Origin: Lingula anatina
Lineage: Eukaryota > Animalia > Brachiopoda
Assembly: GCA_051362555.1 (NCBI GenBank)
Contig: CM120642.1
Location: 1,674,001-1,738,000, forward strand
Direction: 5' to 3'
DNA: 64,000 nt
The notes below the pieces were generated by a model. The model saw only the letters and a program-made list of their open reading frames with translations, had not been told where the DNA came from and did not search any database. The translations under genes and the position numbers were made by a program. Of this stretch, positions 24,339 through 36,400 are shown piece by piece (the first letter of the stretch is position 1; the number at the start of each line of letters is the position of its first letter).

Positions 24339-26305
24339 ACAACATGTTTTCAATTCATTACTGTTTTGATTTTGATCATAATGATTGTCCTTCTCACATA
24401 CCCAAGTAACTGCTAAGATTTGGTGTACTTACAAAGTTATGGTCTATATAATTAATAAACATCTCTGCAACTTGAAGATCTAAAGCTCTCAAAAAGTCCT
24501 TAAATTGTGTGAGCAGGTTAACAATCTGGAAGTGACAAGTCAAAGAAAAATTAATTACTGAATTAATTAATTAATGATAACTGATGTGTAACACTTTTAA
24601 ATGTTAAAACAGATAGTGTAAATGAAAAAATGTCTGTGCAAGTTTTCAGTAATAAGCATGATGCTGACACTGTATTGTGTGAGTTTGTAATAAACTTGGT
24701 AAACTCATAACTACACAGAAACCTATACGTTCATATTAAATTAGTTTCCTACTTACAGAGTTAGCTCTCTCTTTCACTATATGTGTCCACCTGTCAGCAG
24801 CAGGAAGATCTAGGTTGACAACATACTTTGGGACCTGGTACTCAGCTCTAAGAAAATAAATAATATTAATGATAATAATTTTTAATTAATCAACTGCACA
24901 TTGTTTCTTTAACATATTTACTAGTATATGTATGGAAGTATTCATCCCAAATTTTCTATATTTTCTAGCTTTAGTTAATGTTTTACTTGTAATAAAGATA
25001 TCAAGTTCCCACAGGAGGAGGAAATGGGGGGCACTAGTGGGCTAGATTTGGTCTTAAAATGCAATTTAAGTTCACAAGTGATCTTACACGATCTTAATCA
25101 TTACAGCAGTAGTCTTAAAAAGGACTGAATCTGCTTTTAAGATCAAAAATGTTCTAACATCTACTTAAGTGATCAAGCAGTTTCCTCCCCTCACAATGGG
25201 GGATACCTCCCCTCACAATAGAGGACTCCTCTGCTCACAATAGGAGAATGTGTAAGGGGAGACAACTTAATAGGCTGTCAGACTAGAAATGGTCTTACTC
25301 ATGTTTTAAGATCATGTAAGACTATTTGTGTTCTTAAATTGCATTTTAAGACAAAATCTAGCCCACTAATGGGGGGGGGGGGGGAGGTTTAAATCTGCCC
25401 AACACCCCTTATGCTCTAGCCTGGATCCAACATTATTATATAATGGCCATACTTACGTCTTTGGAGGTGGGTATTTCCCTGTTGCACACTCCTCCTTTTG
25501 CTGAAGAAAAACTACACAAACAATTATTTAATCATCACTCATCTTAGTTCAGATAACAGAAATTAAATAATTATAAAACAGGAAATATTCCAGAATGATT
25601 ACGTGTGAAATGATCATGTTATATGGCAAATAAAGTAAATATTCAACTTATTATGAATGTAAAGTATATGGATACATGTAGTAAATAGTAAATGTGAACA
25701 ATTCATATACTAGTCATACATATATATTTTAACAATATATTATAATTAAGTTGTGTTATATGCATGTAATATATTGTTATGTACATGTAGCTACTACTAT
25801 AATATACATTACAAAAGTTCACATAAGGTCAGTCAATTCTTTTACATGGAACTAAGAGATACAAGTCAATGGGCACATTCAGAACAAGATGATCTGCTGA
25901 CATAACAGATCTGCTGACTAAATATGGATTAAATCGCGGCTCCAAGGGTTAATTGCTAGGCCCCTGCAGCGACCATGGAATTAGCGACATTGCTTTTGAA
26001 GTGGGGTCAGCCATATTTAGTCTGGGGAACAGTTAGTCCTTGGATCATGTGTTCTGAATGCACCCTGTACTACAATGATTGACTTAAAGAGCAGAAAAAA
26101 ATTCATTTTTCCACATATTCCCTATAAAGTAATATAATGTACATATTGATACGTGTAAGATGTATAAAGTTGAAACACACACACAAACACAGATCAATTG
26201 ACACACACAAACACACAAACAAACCGTGGGTGCAAACGTAAGTCCTGAGACAGCAGCGACTGCAACTACCAGTACCAAAAGAGCACCTGCACTGGTCACA
26301 GACAT
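16829..26305 (-). CDS. ASAH1: Acid ceramidase paralog A (12 exons, 397 aa, complete)
   Basis: Exons 26225-26305 (signal peptide), 25457-25500, 24757-24847, 24433-24525, 24082-24160, 23536-23610 (CTSIVA), 20250-20295, 18993-19137, 18298-18519, 17761-17931, 17095-17151 and 16829-16918 (LTTYTALM...CDDPCWPW-stop). Total 1194 nt, all GT-AG and in frame. Confidence 0.96.
17473..17672. repeat. 200-bp near-perfect palindrome (small fold-back/MITE)
   Basis: 80-bp arms at 17473-17552 and 17593-17672 with one mismatch. The 40-nt spacer contains two smaller hairpins. Confidence 0.92.
19383..20054. mobile_element. 672-bp non-autonomous TIR transposon with a RecQ-type helicase motif-I remnant (AcademH-like)
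   Basis: About 75-bp TIRs CACCCTGAGCTTCAGAGCTAACTTGACAC... and TSD CCAAAATC (19375-19382 and 20055-20062). 19754-19843 reads [30 protein letters not shown]. Confidence 0.8.
20313..23220 (-). mobile_element. Non-autonomous Helentron/Helitron2 (HINE) with an internal 146-bp tandem array
   Basis: On the minus strand: 5' T-rich start, hairpin TGTACCACCAGCG-TTAG-CGCTGGCGGTACA (23185-23214) and CCGG-rich microrepeats. 3' end: inverted subterminal repeat (20350-20362), hairpin GAGGCG/CGCCTC (20328-20343) and terminus CTAGTT. Absent from the equivalent intron of paralog B. Confidence 0.85.
20519..22232. repeat. Tandem array, unit 146 bp, about 11.7 copies
   Basis: The TAGGTCAA anchor recurs at 20520, 20664, 20810, 20956, 21102, 21248, 21394, 21540, 21686, 21832, 21978 and 22124. 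Confidence 0.97.
25035..25368. mobile_element. ~334-bp MITE with ~60-bp imperfect TIRs
   Basis: TAGTGGGCTAGATTTGGTCTTAAAATGCAATTTAAG... at the left and ...CTTAAATTGCATTTTAAGACAAAATCTAGCCCACTA at the right. The terminal TA may be the TSD. Confidence 0.8.
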
Positions 26306-26635
26306 GATTGTATTTCTCATCTTGGGACTTTCATGGCTGGTTAACTCCTCAGAAGTTAACAGGTTATTAACTCTGGCAGTAAGGCTCTGGGTAGTTTGCT
26401 GTTGTTTGGGTTTCGTATGAAATTTGTCATGTTGTTTAGTTTTGATAAATTAAAACGAATGAGATAAACATAAAGCATTTTCATTTGTACTCATTTAATA
26501 CCTTTTGCTCTTTTCGTAATAGCAAACACGTGGAACATTTTATGTTTAGATGAAGAATGATATTTTGCACGCTATCTCTTCCGCCCAAACAGGAAATCCT
26601 TGTTTTGACGAAACCCGGAAATACAATATACCAGC
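26306..26635. promoter_or_regulatory. Probable bidirectional promoter between ASAH1-A and ATOX1
   Basis: The divergent start codons are only 330 bp apart. ETS-like CAGGAAAT and CCGGAAAT (~26590, ~26615), E-box CACGTG (~26527) and a GC-box-like CCGCCC (26581). Confidence 0.6.
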
Positions 26636-28202
26636 ATGGCTTCACAGGTAAACGCCTCATCTGTTTTATTATCTGTTTTGGTAGTGTTAGAAAGCTCAGT
26701 ATATTTTGAGATTAAGTGCACTGCTTCATAAAAGGTTAAAGAGTTATATTACATTGATGGCTCGAGAAAAACGCTGACATTTATCACAGTGATCGGCTGA
26801 GAAAATATGCCGGTCGCCTCTGAAAACCTTTGTACTGGGGTAGTGGCACTTTCATTTTCAGTTTTTTTCCGCGTTTTATTCTTGAATACTTAACATATAT
26901 TTGACTCAAAGATCATAGGTCTATTTTTTGAAAGTTTTTGTGCCTGGATAATGTTATTCACACAATTTCTACCCTAAATTGTTTGATTGGTAGCCATATG
27001 GCCTAGCTGTGAGTGCTACAAATTAGAAATTGAGATTTTTTTTGTTACATGTAAGTGCGTGTAAGTTATTTTTTTTAAATGACATGCACCAAAATCGCCA
27101 CTGTTGTCATCACCTAAAGTAAAATTAAGATTAAATTGTGACACATTACTGGAATTAAAGTACTAAAATTCTTATAATATAGGTATAGGGAGCAATTAAA
27201 TTATTGACATAAAATTCTTCATGGAACTGGTTTTTATCACACTTTCTTTACTTCTATCTAAATCTCAGTTTCTCACTTTTGATTCTTCATAAAGTATTTA
27301 TAAAAAAAATAACCTATTTAGAAATGAGATGGCTACAAATGTTGCATAGTGTAGTTATCAATCATAAATTTTGCTTTATTTTGATGTGAAATAATTGCCC
27401 CAGTGCCTATGATAACTTTTTGAATAAAGTCCTGGTTTGTCCCAGTTTGATTCAACAGTTATACAATTTATTGTATCAGTGCTCCAGGCAATTTTGCAAT
27501 AAGATGCTTTTTTATTTTCTCAGTTCTTAAGAAATTTTTCAATGAGATGTTTTTTCCCAGTGCTTTGGACATTTTTTCAATAAGATGTTTTTTTATCCCA
27601 ATACCTTGGACAATTTTACAATAAGATGCTTTTCGTCTTTATTCTTTAGACAGTTTTTTTGTCCCCAATGCCTTCAACAGTTCTAAAATTAAGCTATTCT
27701 GTTTGCAGGTCCACGAGTTTGACATGGCGATGACATGTGAGGGCTGTGCTAATGCAGCAAAGAGAGTGCTGGGGAAACTTGGAGATGGTAAATAGAAACA
27801 CTATTCTCTCTATTGAAATGTATCTAGATTCATTCAGTTTTCCCCCTAAGAAATTAGAATAAGTCTAGTTTTGGTTTTATGTTAGTTGGTGTTTGAACAT
27901 TTGCCCAACCTGTATAGCCTTTTGCAAATTTTTTTGGTTTTTGTGTAGTTTGAGATATGTATGGGAGCATCTTTAACTTTATGAGTACCTCTTAGAATTA
28001 ACTGATTACTCATTGATACTGAAATATGTTGCTACTTTTCTTGATATTGTATGGGGCTGATTGTTTATTAGATGTGACCCATGTGGAGACGGATGTGGAG
28101 GCCAAGAAAGTGTTTGTGACATCCACACTTCCTTCTAAAAAACTCCTAGAGGCACTTGAAAAGACTGGGAAGAAAATAAACTATGTGGGAGTAAAACATT
28201 AA
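26636..28202 (+). CDS. ATOX1: Copper chaperone ATOX1 (3 coding exons, about 73 aa)
   Basis: Exons 26636-26647 (MASQ), 27709-27787 (VHEFDMAMTCEGCANAAKRVLGKL, MxCxxC metal-binding motif) and 28072-28202 (...LEKTGK...stop). Missed by the ORF track because the exons are short. A further intron probably starts just after the stop codon (GTAAGT ~28209). Confidence 0.95.
27480..27680. repeat. Degenerate ~40-bp tandem repeat in ATOX1 intron 1
   Basis: AATAAGATG(C/T)TTTT...GGACAATTTT motif at ~27498, 27541, 27578 and 27620. Confidence 0.6.
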
Positions 28203-29870
28203 TGTGCTGTAAGTACATGTACAAAGCCAGTTATTACATGATAATATTCGTCACTTAATATTTTCAGTTGTTGAACTGGGCAGAAAATTTATTATTTTTT
28301 ACATATTATTGAAAAAAATAATTGCCTTTTGATCAAACGTCCTTTTACCCTTAAAAATTGAAATTTGCCTTAAGTATTACAACTTTTTTCAGATGCCTGA
28401 GGAGATACTGAAAAGATACAGATAATTTTTACTTTGGATGGATACAGTAAAGATGAAGTCTTATTTTGCTGTTACAATCAATGTGGAGGCACACCATTGC
28501 ATCTGCTGGCAATTATAGTAAAATTTTAGCACAAAGTCTCATGGCTTTAGAACTGATATATATTCAGATAGTATTGACGGTGCTGAGTTGAAGCCTTGGG
28601 TTATGACTCACATTCAAATCTGTAACCATCAACATTCATGAAAATCAATCACTAATGAACTGGGTTTCTTGCATTGATTTTAAAAGAGGTAGAGGTTTAA
28701 CGTTTTTCCCCTTATTAACAGAGATGGCACAGTTAAAATTTATTCATTGAAGTTTAAGGCTTAATTATCACAACTGAAATGCTTGAAAAAGGAAAAAGTG
28801 CAATTTTACTATAATATATTCTATGTAGAGTTGAGTAGATTTATGAAAATACATTCCTTAAGTAATTAAGTAATGACTATTTTATGCTGAACCTGATGTT
28901 TTGCCACTTTTAATCTCATATTACTTTGACAAAAATTAACAAATTTCAGATAAAATTATTTCTCTTACTGAGTGGTTTTCTGGTTAATTCACTATTACAT
29001 AGACACAATCATTTTTTAATTTAAATCTGAAAAAAATTATTGGTAGTCGTTTTCCACCTTAAGCTGCCCCAGAACCGCCTCCTGTTTGATGAGCTACGTA
29101 TTTCTTCCTATTTTCTTCTAACAATCCAGTTGTGTCCAATTCCAGTATTAATAAGCATCGCAATTAAGAGTATACAATACATTTATTGACTGCAAAGACA
29201 ACACTATTACAGACATTATTAAAACAATCATGTGGCATCCAAGCACATGGGATCAATAAATTTTAAAATTTTAGCAACCTAATTTTTAAAAAAATTGTAA
29301 AATTTATATTTGGGCTTGTTTAATAACCATCTTCACTCTGGTAGGAATGTTTTGCACTTTTCAGTTATTCTTCAATTATTCAAATTTGTGCGCTCATTCA
29401 CTTCATAAATAAAACAATTCACACTAAACAACAGTAATTACACTGAATTCTCCATGATGCATTGATTCAAAAGCTCTTCTACATATTCAGCAAGTAAACA
29501 ATTTCCATCCAAGTTCTATCACAGTAAATGCATTAAGATGGCAAGATCAGCTTCGGTGCACTGTTCCTACGGCAACACGGTGTAACAAAGAGCACTGCTC
29601 AAAGAAGTAACCAATTACAAAGAAGCTCAGAAACTGCTTTGTGATTTCAATTTATCACAGAGAAACCTAATAAAAACATTTGGAGGTAAAACAAACTTCA
29701 AAAAATTACAAAATAAATCTAAGTCAAAGAGGTAAAAAAATAAGATTAATCAAAAATAATAAGAAATTTATGCACAATCTGAGTTCGAATTGCATTTGAC
29801 TAGTCTAAGAAATGAGTCGATAACTGGAAAAAATATAGCATCATGAAATTATGACTAATCAAGCCAGAGC

Positions 29871-29917
<47 letters not shown>

Positions 29918-30474
29918 TTTATATATATATTTTATATATACCTGTGCACAACATGGGTTTATATGTGCAAGACAACCTAGTATTATATTAAGATTAAGTA
30001 CTGATTATATTTCATTGTTTATTGTCCGTCTATGTCAGTCTCCATAGTACTCTTCCAAGCAGAAGCGGTAGTTTTTAGCAATGTCAGCTCGCTCTCAAGG
30101 ACAAAAAGTGGAAAAAAATCTTTGTTAATCTTAGCAGATGGTTCTCCAGAGAACAAAAGCAACTGGACACAAACCAGTCAATACTATGGTGGTCTAAATA
30201 AAAGTCAAAAACTTTCAAAAAAATGAGGTAAAGGTCAGTTTTTATTATGTGGGACTATGAGCACAAGTTTTCATATTCTGCAGACACCTGCTTAATTAAA
30301 ATCCTTGTTGGATACTACAACTCCCAGGTCAATAGAAAAAAAGTTGAAACCCAATATGTGTGAAAAAAAAAAACAGTTTCCATAATCCTTTTCTCAGCTT
30401 CAACTCCTGAAGTAAATAGTCAGAGCTCTTCTCCTTGTTCCTTTCTTTGCTTCTCATCTGTAGCATTAGCAGGG

Positions 30475-33400
30475 TCAGAGGTCATCTGAGCAAGGGTCAG
30501 AGGTCACCTTAGCAGCGTCAGAGGTCATCTTTCTCTTCTGCTTCTCTTCCTCCATCTGATCCAGACAATGTTGAAGTCCTGCACAGTAATGGAGCATGAG
30601 ATAGCCCAGGGCTTGGATCTTCTCCTCGGAGTGTTTCACTTTGGCCTTCAGTTGGACTTTCTGATCTGGGTGCACTGCCTCCTTCTCTTCCTTCAGCAGG
30701 TCGGCACGAAATTCCGACTCCAGGTCTATCTCTTGCTGGAACTTTGTGATCTGAAAAAACGAGTGCAATCTTTAAGAATACTGTTCCCAATATTACATTT
30801 GATAACAGTGGAAGGAGAGTTTTAGACTTCATTTTGCTTAAATCACGCCTAATTCTCTGTTATCAATAACAGGAAATTATATTAATAAGGTCAAAGCAAA
30901 TGTTGTTTCAAATTTGTTTAAAGAGATAATTGGGTTTTGCAGAATGCCAGTAGATTATGATTATAAGAACAATTCTATGACTTACAGGCCTGCTTGGCTG
31001 TGTCATCTTTCTAAATATATGTAGATATACATATATCTAAATATAAAAATAGTACATCATTTATCATATAAAGCAAGAGACTTCCAGGGCTAGTTACCAT
31101 GGCATCTAGTTTATCCCTCCTGTCAATAGGTGTCAGGTCTGCATGCAGATCTCTCCCCATCTCCTTGGCCTTGGAGACCACCTGCTCCTCATGTTGATGC
31201 GTCTTCTGGTGCTTCTGCAGGAACTGGATCAGGTTCAACTCCTCCTCCGAGTCTGAACTGTTGGTCTCTGAGGAGTCAAATTCCTAGAAATATCAGAATA
31301 TTAATTATCACACCATTAGCTGATATTTTAAAATTTAATCATTATTTCATGAACTATGAAGAAAGAAAATGCTAAATATAATAACTAGTAAGAAAAGCCA
31401 GCAGACTCCTCTTGCCAACGCAGTTCAGTTCTCATTAGACTAAGTATAAACGATGAATCAACATTACACTGAGTATTAATGATGAATCAACATTAGAGTA
31501 AGAATTAATAATGGGTCATCCACATCTAATTGGTTTTAAGTTCACCCATTGTGACCTATCCTGAAATTTTTTTCAAAACTTTCATGTTGGATGTTTAAAG
31601 TAAAAAAATCAACAAGGACTCATCTATGTTTTAAATAATAACCTATAGATATACTCAAATCTCTTCATCACTATAACACTGTCCAGTGTTCTACTTTTCT
31701 TTCCAATTTTTTTACTTGCTTATCTCTCTAACCTTAGTTTCTGCAGATTCACTGTTGGACAGTCTGCGTCTTTGGGATTTTTTAGGTTTAGTTTGGACAA
31801 AGTTATCATCCTTCACTCCGCTCCCCAGCGAACTCTCTGGTAGGTCCATCTTGACTTCTCCTAAAATATAGCAAGGTATACATTTTGTGTGATGTAATAA
31901 TGGAAAGAAAATCACTCAGAAAATACTTTTTTTGCTTTATCTCACATCAGAATCAAACAAAATTCAATAATTTTTTCTATCTGATATCAAAATAAGGCAA
32001 AATTCTGTAGAAAATAAACAAATGAAATATTGTCATTGTCATTCCTTTTGTCATAACAGAAAGTTTTTAATGGCCATCTTGGATGACAACCAAATCATTG
32101 TAGTCATAACATATCTTTCATCTAACCTGATGCTCTTAGGAGCTCCTCGCTGCCAGTGACCAGTGGTGATGACCCTGTTTTCTTACGCAATCGAGTGAGT
32201 ATTGCTTCTTTGACGTGTTCTTTCTTTCGATGAAAGTTGGATTCTGTCTTCTCCTCCTGTACTGGCTTTGGCACATCTGGCGGCTTCCCATTTCTGCAAG
32301 TCAAGAAAACATAATCCAGTAGAATTCTATAATAACTCTCATAATTATGGGCGTTCCAGTAAAAAATGGTGGCCATAATAAATGATGAACAATTTTGTTT
32401 AAAAACGCAACATTTGTCAGTAGCTCATGCTGCATTTAAGCTATGTACATGTAAAACTGAATCAAATAAGTGAAGTTTTACAGAAATCTTACCTTGGACA
32501 AGTAATAGTGGACTGGCATCGCTGAATACATTTCTTATGGCAGATCATGGTACACATTAAACACTGGTAGGCTGCCTTTAACCAGATCTGGGGAACAAAC
32601 AACAGACTGAACAATATATCATAGGCTAAACTTTGCATTTTCTACAAAGACAATCTTTGAGGGTTCCTGTACATGGGTTTTCAACTTGGTCTGTAAATAT
32701 TACAATTTACATTAGAAATGAGAAATTTAAATATTTTCTTTCTTTTCCTAACCACAGGACTTTTGCGTAAAATGTCCAGGAACTAACTTATCATAGCCCT
32801 GTGCAACAAAGGTCCTAGTAAAAGGTGTGACTTTGACCAAAATGCTACAAACACCCTCATGCTTGTTTAATTAACACTTTTAGTGAGCTCCAAAACACAT
32901 AATTATCCTGTTAGACATTACTAATGAGATAACACTGGATCAACAAACAATGTAACACAACTAATATATAATGTTTGGACTGAACACAATTAATATTAAA
33001 CTGATGATATAATCAGACTCCTTCACACAACAATTAGGTTTAAAACACAGGCTAACTTTTCTCCCATTACCTTCTTTCCACAAAAGTTACAGTAAGTAAC
33101 AGAATGGAAGTTAGTTTCTACAAAGTCATGACCTCCCTCTAAGGACCTACAACAAAACATGAAGACAACTCACATCTGTAGGTTTAAACTGTACCATCAA
33201 TATTACATTTTAATGCCCAAACAGATATGACATTTAATTTAAAAGAACAAGTTATTAAAATACCGCTTAAAAAAGGGAGTGTCATTTAATGTTCTTCAAT
33301 TAACAAATTTAATCAGAAAATTTCCTGTGAAATTGAACAGGGTCAATTTTATTTCTTAAATTTTTATTTTTTATTATTTTTTATTTGCTATACATACATA

Positions 33401-36400
33401 CAAAACCACTTGTTAGATGTCTAAGTTTCTTAAAAAATACTGGATTAACAATGATTAACTTAAACTTGGTTCATTTGAATGGAATCACCACTCCAAAGTT
33501 CAAATAAGGTTATTCATAAAAACAAAATTTTCACATACAAGAGTCCAATCACACATCAACAATCTATGACACAAACACCATATATGCAGAAAAATAAAAA
33601 CAGGTACGCTCAACAATACTTACTTTCTAATCTCTTCATTCACTACAGTCTGGGGTCTCACAGAGTCTATCTGCAGAGTTTTCCTCTCTTTTTCGTCCTC
33701 CATCTGTTTTTTAATCTCCTCTCTGATTTTCTTCCTCTGCTGTGGAGTCAGGGGCCCAGGGTCGTGGCGAAATGTGAGAGTGATGTCCCCAAACGTCAGA
33801 GATTCATCAAATCCTCGCTGGAGACTCAGTTTGGTTTTAGATCGGCTGAAAGTTTAAATTATCAGTCGGACAAATACCAGAAATGCCCTTCAAAGTTGTT
33901 TGAAGAAACAGAAGAGAAAGTCTTAATTTGTTATATAAAAAAAATATTTGTGATACAATTAGATGCCATATTCCTATGCTTCAAAATTTAGGATATAAAT
34001 TATGTAGCAAAGGAATATGAACAGCAACTACAGGTAGCTCATCTCCAAGTGCAGTAAGGCATCCTTGATCCTTACTTTGCTTACTACAAAATAATCATTA
34101 TTCATGTGACTAATACACAGAATGGTCCTCCCCATGTGACAGATAAGGTGTGGGGGAGGCCGTCACAATTTTTGAGTTTCTATGTCGGGATCTAATATTT
34201 TCTGTCAGCAGACGGTTAAAAATGGAGGATGGATCAACAAAGATAATTTGGAAGACTGTCAGAAAATGCCTCTGGAACCATCATTGGACAGATGGCAGCA
34301 GTGTGTAAGCCAAATGTCAGTCTTCCTGTCACCATGTCAACCGTCACATGACTCACCTTGCTCCTCCCCTAGTCATGGATGGCAGTAGTGTATATGTCAG
34401 CTGTCGGTCACCTTGGGTGGTGGCCAAGCACTGGTCAGCTATCTCCATCAGGGGTATACTGACCTAAATGGGAAAGGTCAACATTAATACTGGTAACATC
34501 AGGGCACACACTTTTTCTTACAGTTACTATTTTTGTTATCTTAAATTTTTTATTCCTTTGACACTGCATACCTACGTGGTGTTGTATGTATACAAGTTAA
34601 TATGTATAAATATTTCTACTAGTGTCACACAAGATATTTATGACACATGATTCAATGACACTTTGACATAAAACATTGCTCCACTCTGAAACACACACAC
34701 ACAAAAAAAAAAAAAATGAATGATACTGAACCACTGCATTACATGAGGCCCAGGTCTACCTGACAGACCAGAACAAGTTTATGATATCAACATGTCATAA
34801 TCCTATTGCAGTACTCACGTGTCCTATAACAAAGTCCATCTCTGGCTTGATGACCCGGAACTGTTTGTCCACTTTGGCTGAGGTCTTGCACCACACACAG
34901 ATGTTGAAGTATTTATGATGGTCCTGGACTTCAAATGTGAAGTTTTCATTCCACTTTGGCTCCTACAATAAAGAGAACACATCAATTATGTATGCTACAA
35001 ATGACATTCATCATTATCTTTTCTTTTGCACAAAGATGTTTCATTTAGACTGTAAGAAAAAAATTCATTATTTCATGCCTGCTATGAATCACACTTGGTT
35101 ATGGCCTAAAAGTTCAGTGTTCTTAAAGATGAGGCTCCTGTATAATTTTTTTTTACTTTTCTCCAGCCGTATATCTCTCTTAATTTTTTCTCCAGTTACA
35201 GTTTACCTTGTAACAAAGATAATAATGATTATTTCTTCAGTATAACAACTTACGCCCATTCCCTGATATAGGTGTCATATTAAAAACTAAAATGTAACTT
35301 TTTACCCTTGTTTGAAAATATCAACATAAATTTTAAAGACATATTAAAGAGCTGATATTCACCACTGCATAAGTGACTAAAGATGTCTTTCTCAGGTCCA
35401 TGTCAGTCTCTGTGTCAGCCCGGTCTCTGGTGGTACGGATGTTGAGTGGAGGCAGGTCTATATCAGGCAGGCTCATGTTGTCTGAGGGGATGGAGGGCTG
35501 GAATTTTATAGACATACGAAGTTAGAACTTAATTTGGAAAAAAAATCCTCAGGATATCATTAAGTTTCTTATTATCACTAAGGTTGCCATGCAAAAAAAA
35601 GCTTCGATAATTACAATCTGCAAACATGCCTTAAAGTTCTAAATATATTTTTACTGTCATGACTCATGAGTGAATATCACAGGTCTCAATTTTTTAAAAA
35701 TTATAATTCAGCAGACAATTTGGAGACAAAGAAAAGTGAATCAAAGTCAAATATACAAACACACTATTTCTTAAATAATAGGCCAAGCCTTTATGGTAAT
35801 CATCCTGCACACCAATATAATATACAAATAATGGAAATACACGCTTTAAGAGAAAAGAGCAGGTACCAGTAGAAGATTTAAGTACATATAAGTGTTGAGT
35901 TAAAAGCAAATTACTTCTTCCTTGGTATTTAAAGAAGGGTCACTATGGGTTCTACAAGATGCCAAACTGTCTCCACTTGAAACACTGTCCTTGACCTTGT
36001 CTTTGACCTTGACTCCTTCCACAGCTGGGTCTTCCTTCACTACGGCAGGAGCTGACACACTGGGCAAGGGTGTGGCCTTTGATGTTGATGAGTTTGTTCC
36101 TTTGGATTCTAATCAATTTAGTAGACAATTTATGTTAACATTTAAATGGTAATAAATTCAAATACAAGCTTTGAATGAGTTTTAATTAATGTCCTTGTCA
36201 GTGTATTAATGATAAAAATTACAAAAGATTTTAAACACTAGTATTAAGCAAGGTCATCTATCCAATGTCTGCAGTGACACCTAGTGGACAATGTTGTAAC
36301 CAAGGTCTAGCAAATAGACCAAAAGCTTGGCAAACTATAAGAATTTTACACAGTGTCAGTAAGTTTAAACTTTCATGAATAAAGCTTACATTTTGATTGA

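Noticed and set aside
33479-33991. 170-aa plus-strand ORF
   Set aside because: It is antisense to a PDZD8 coding exon and its flanking introns, with no independent evidence of coding.
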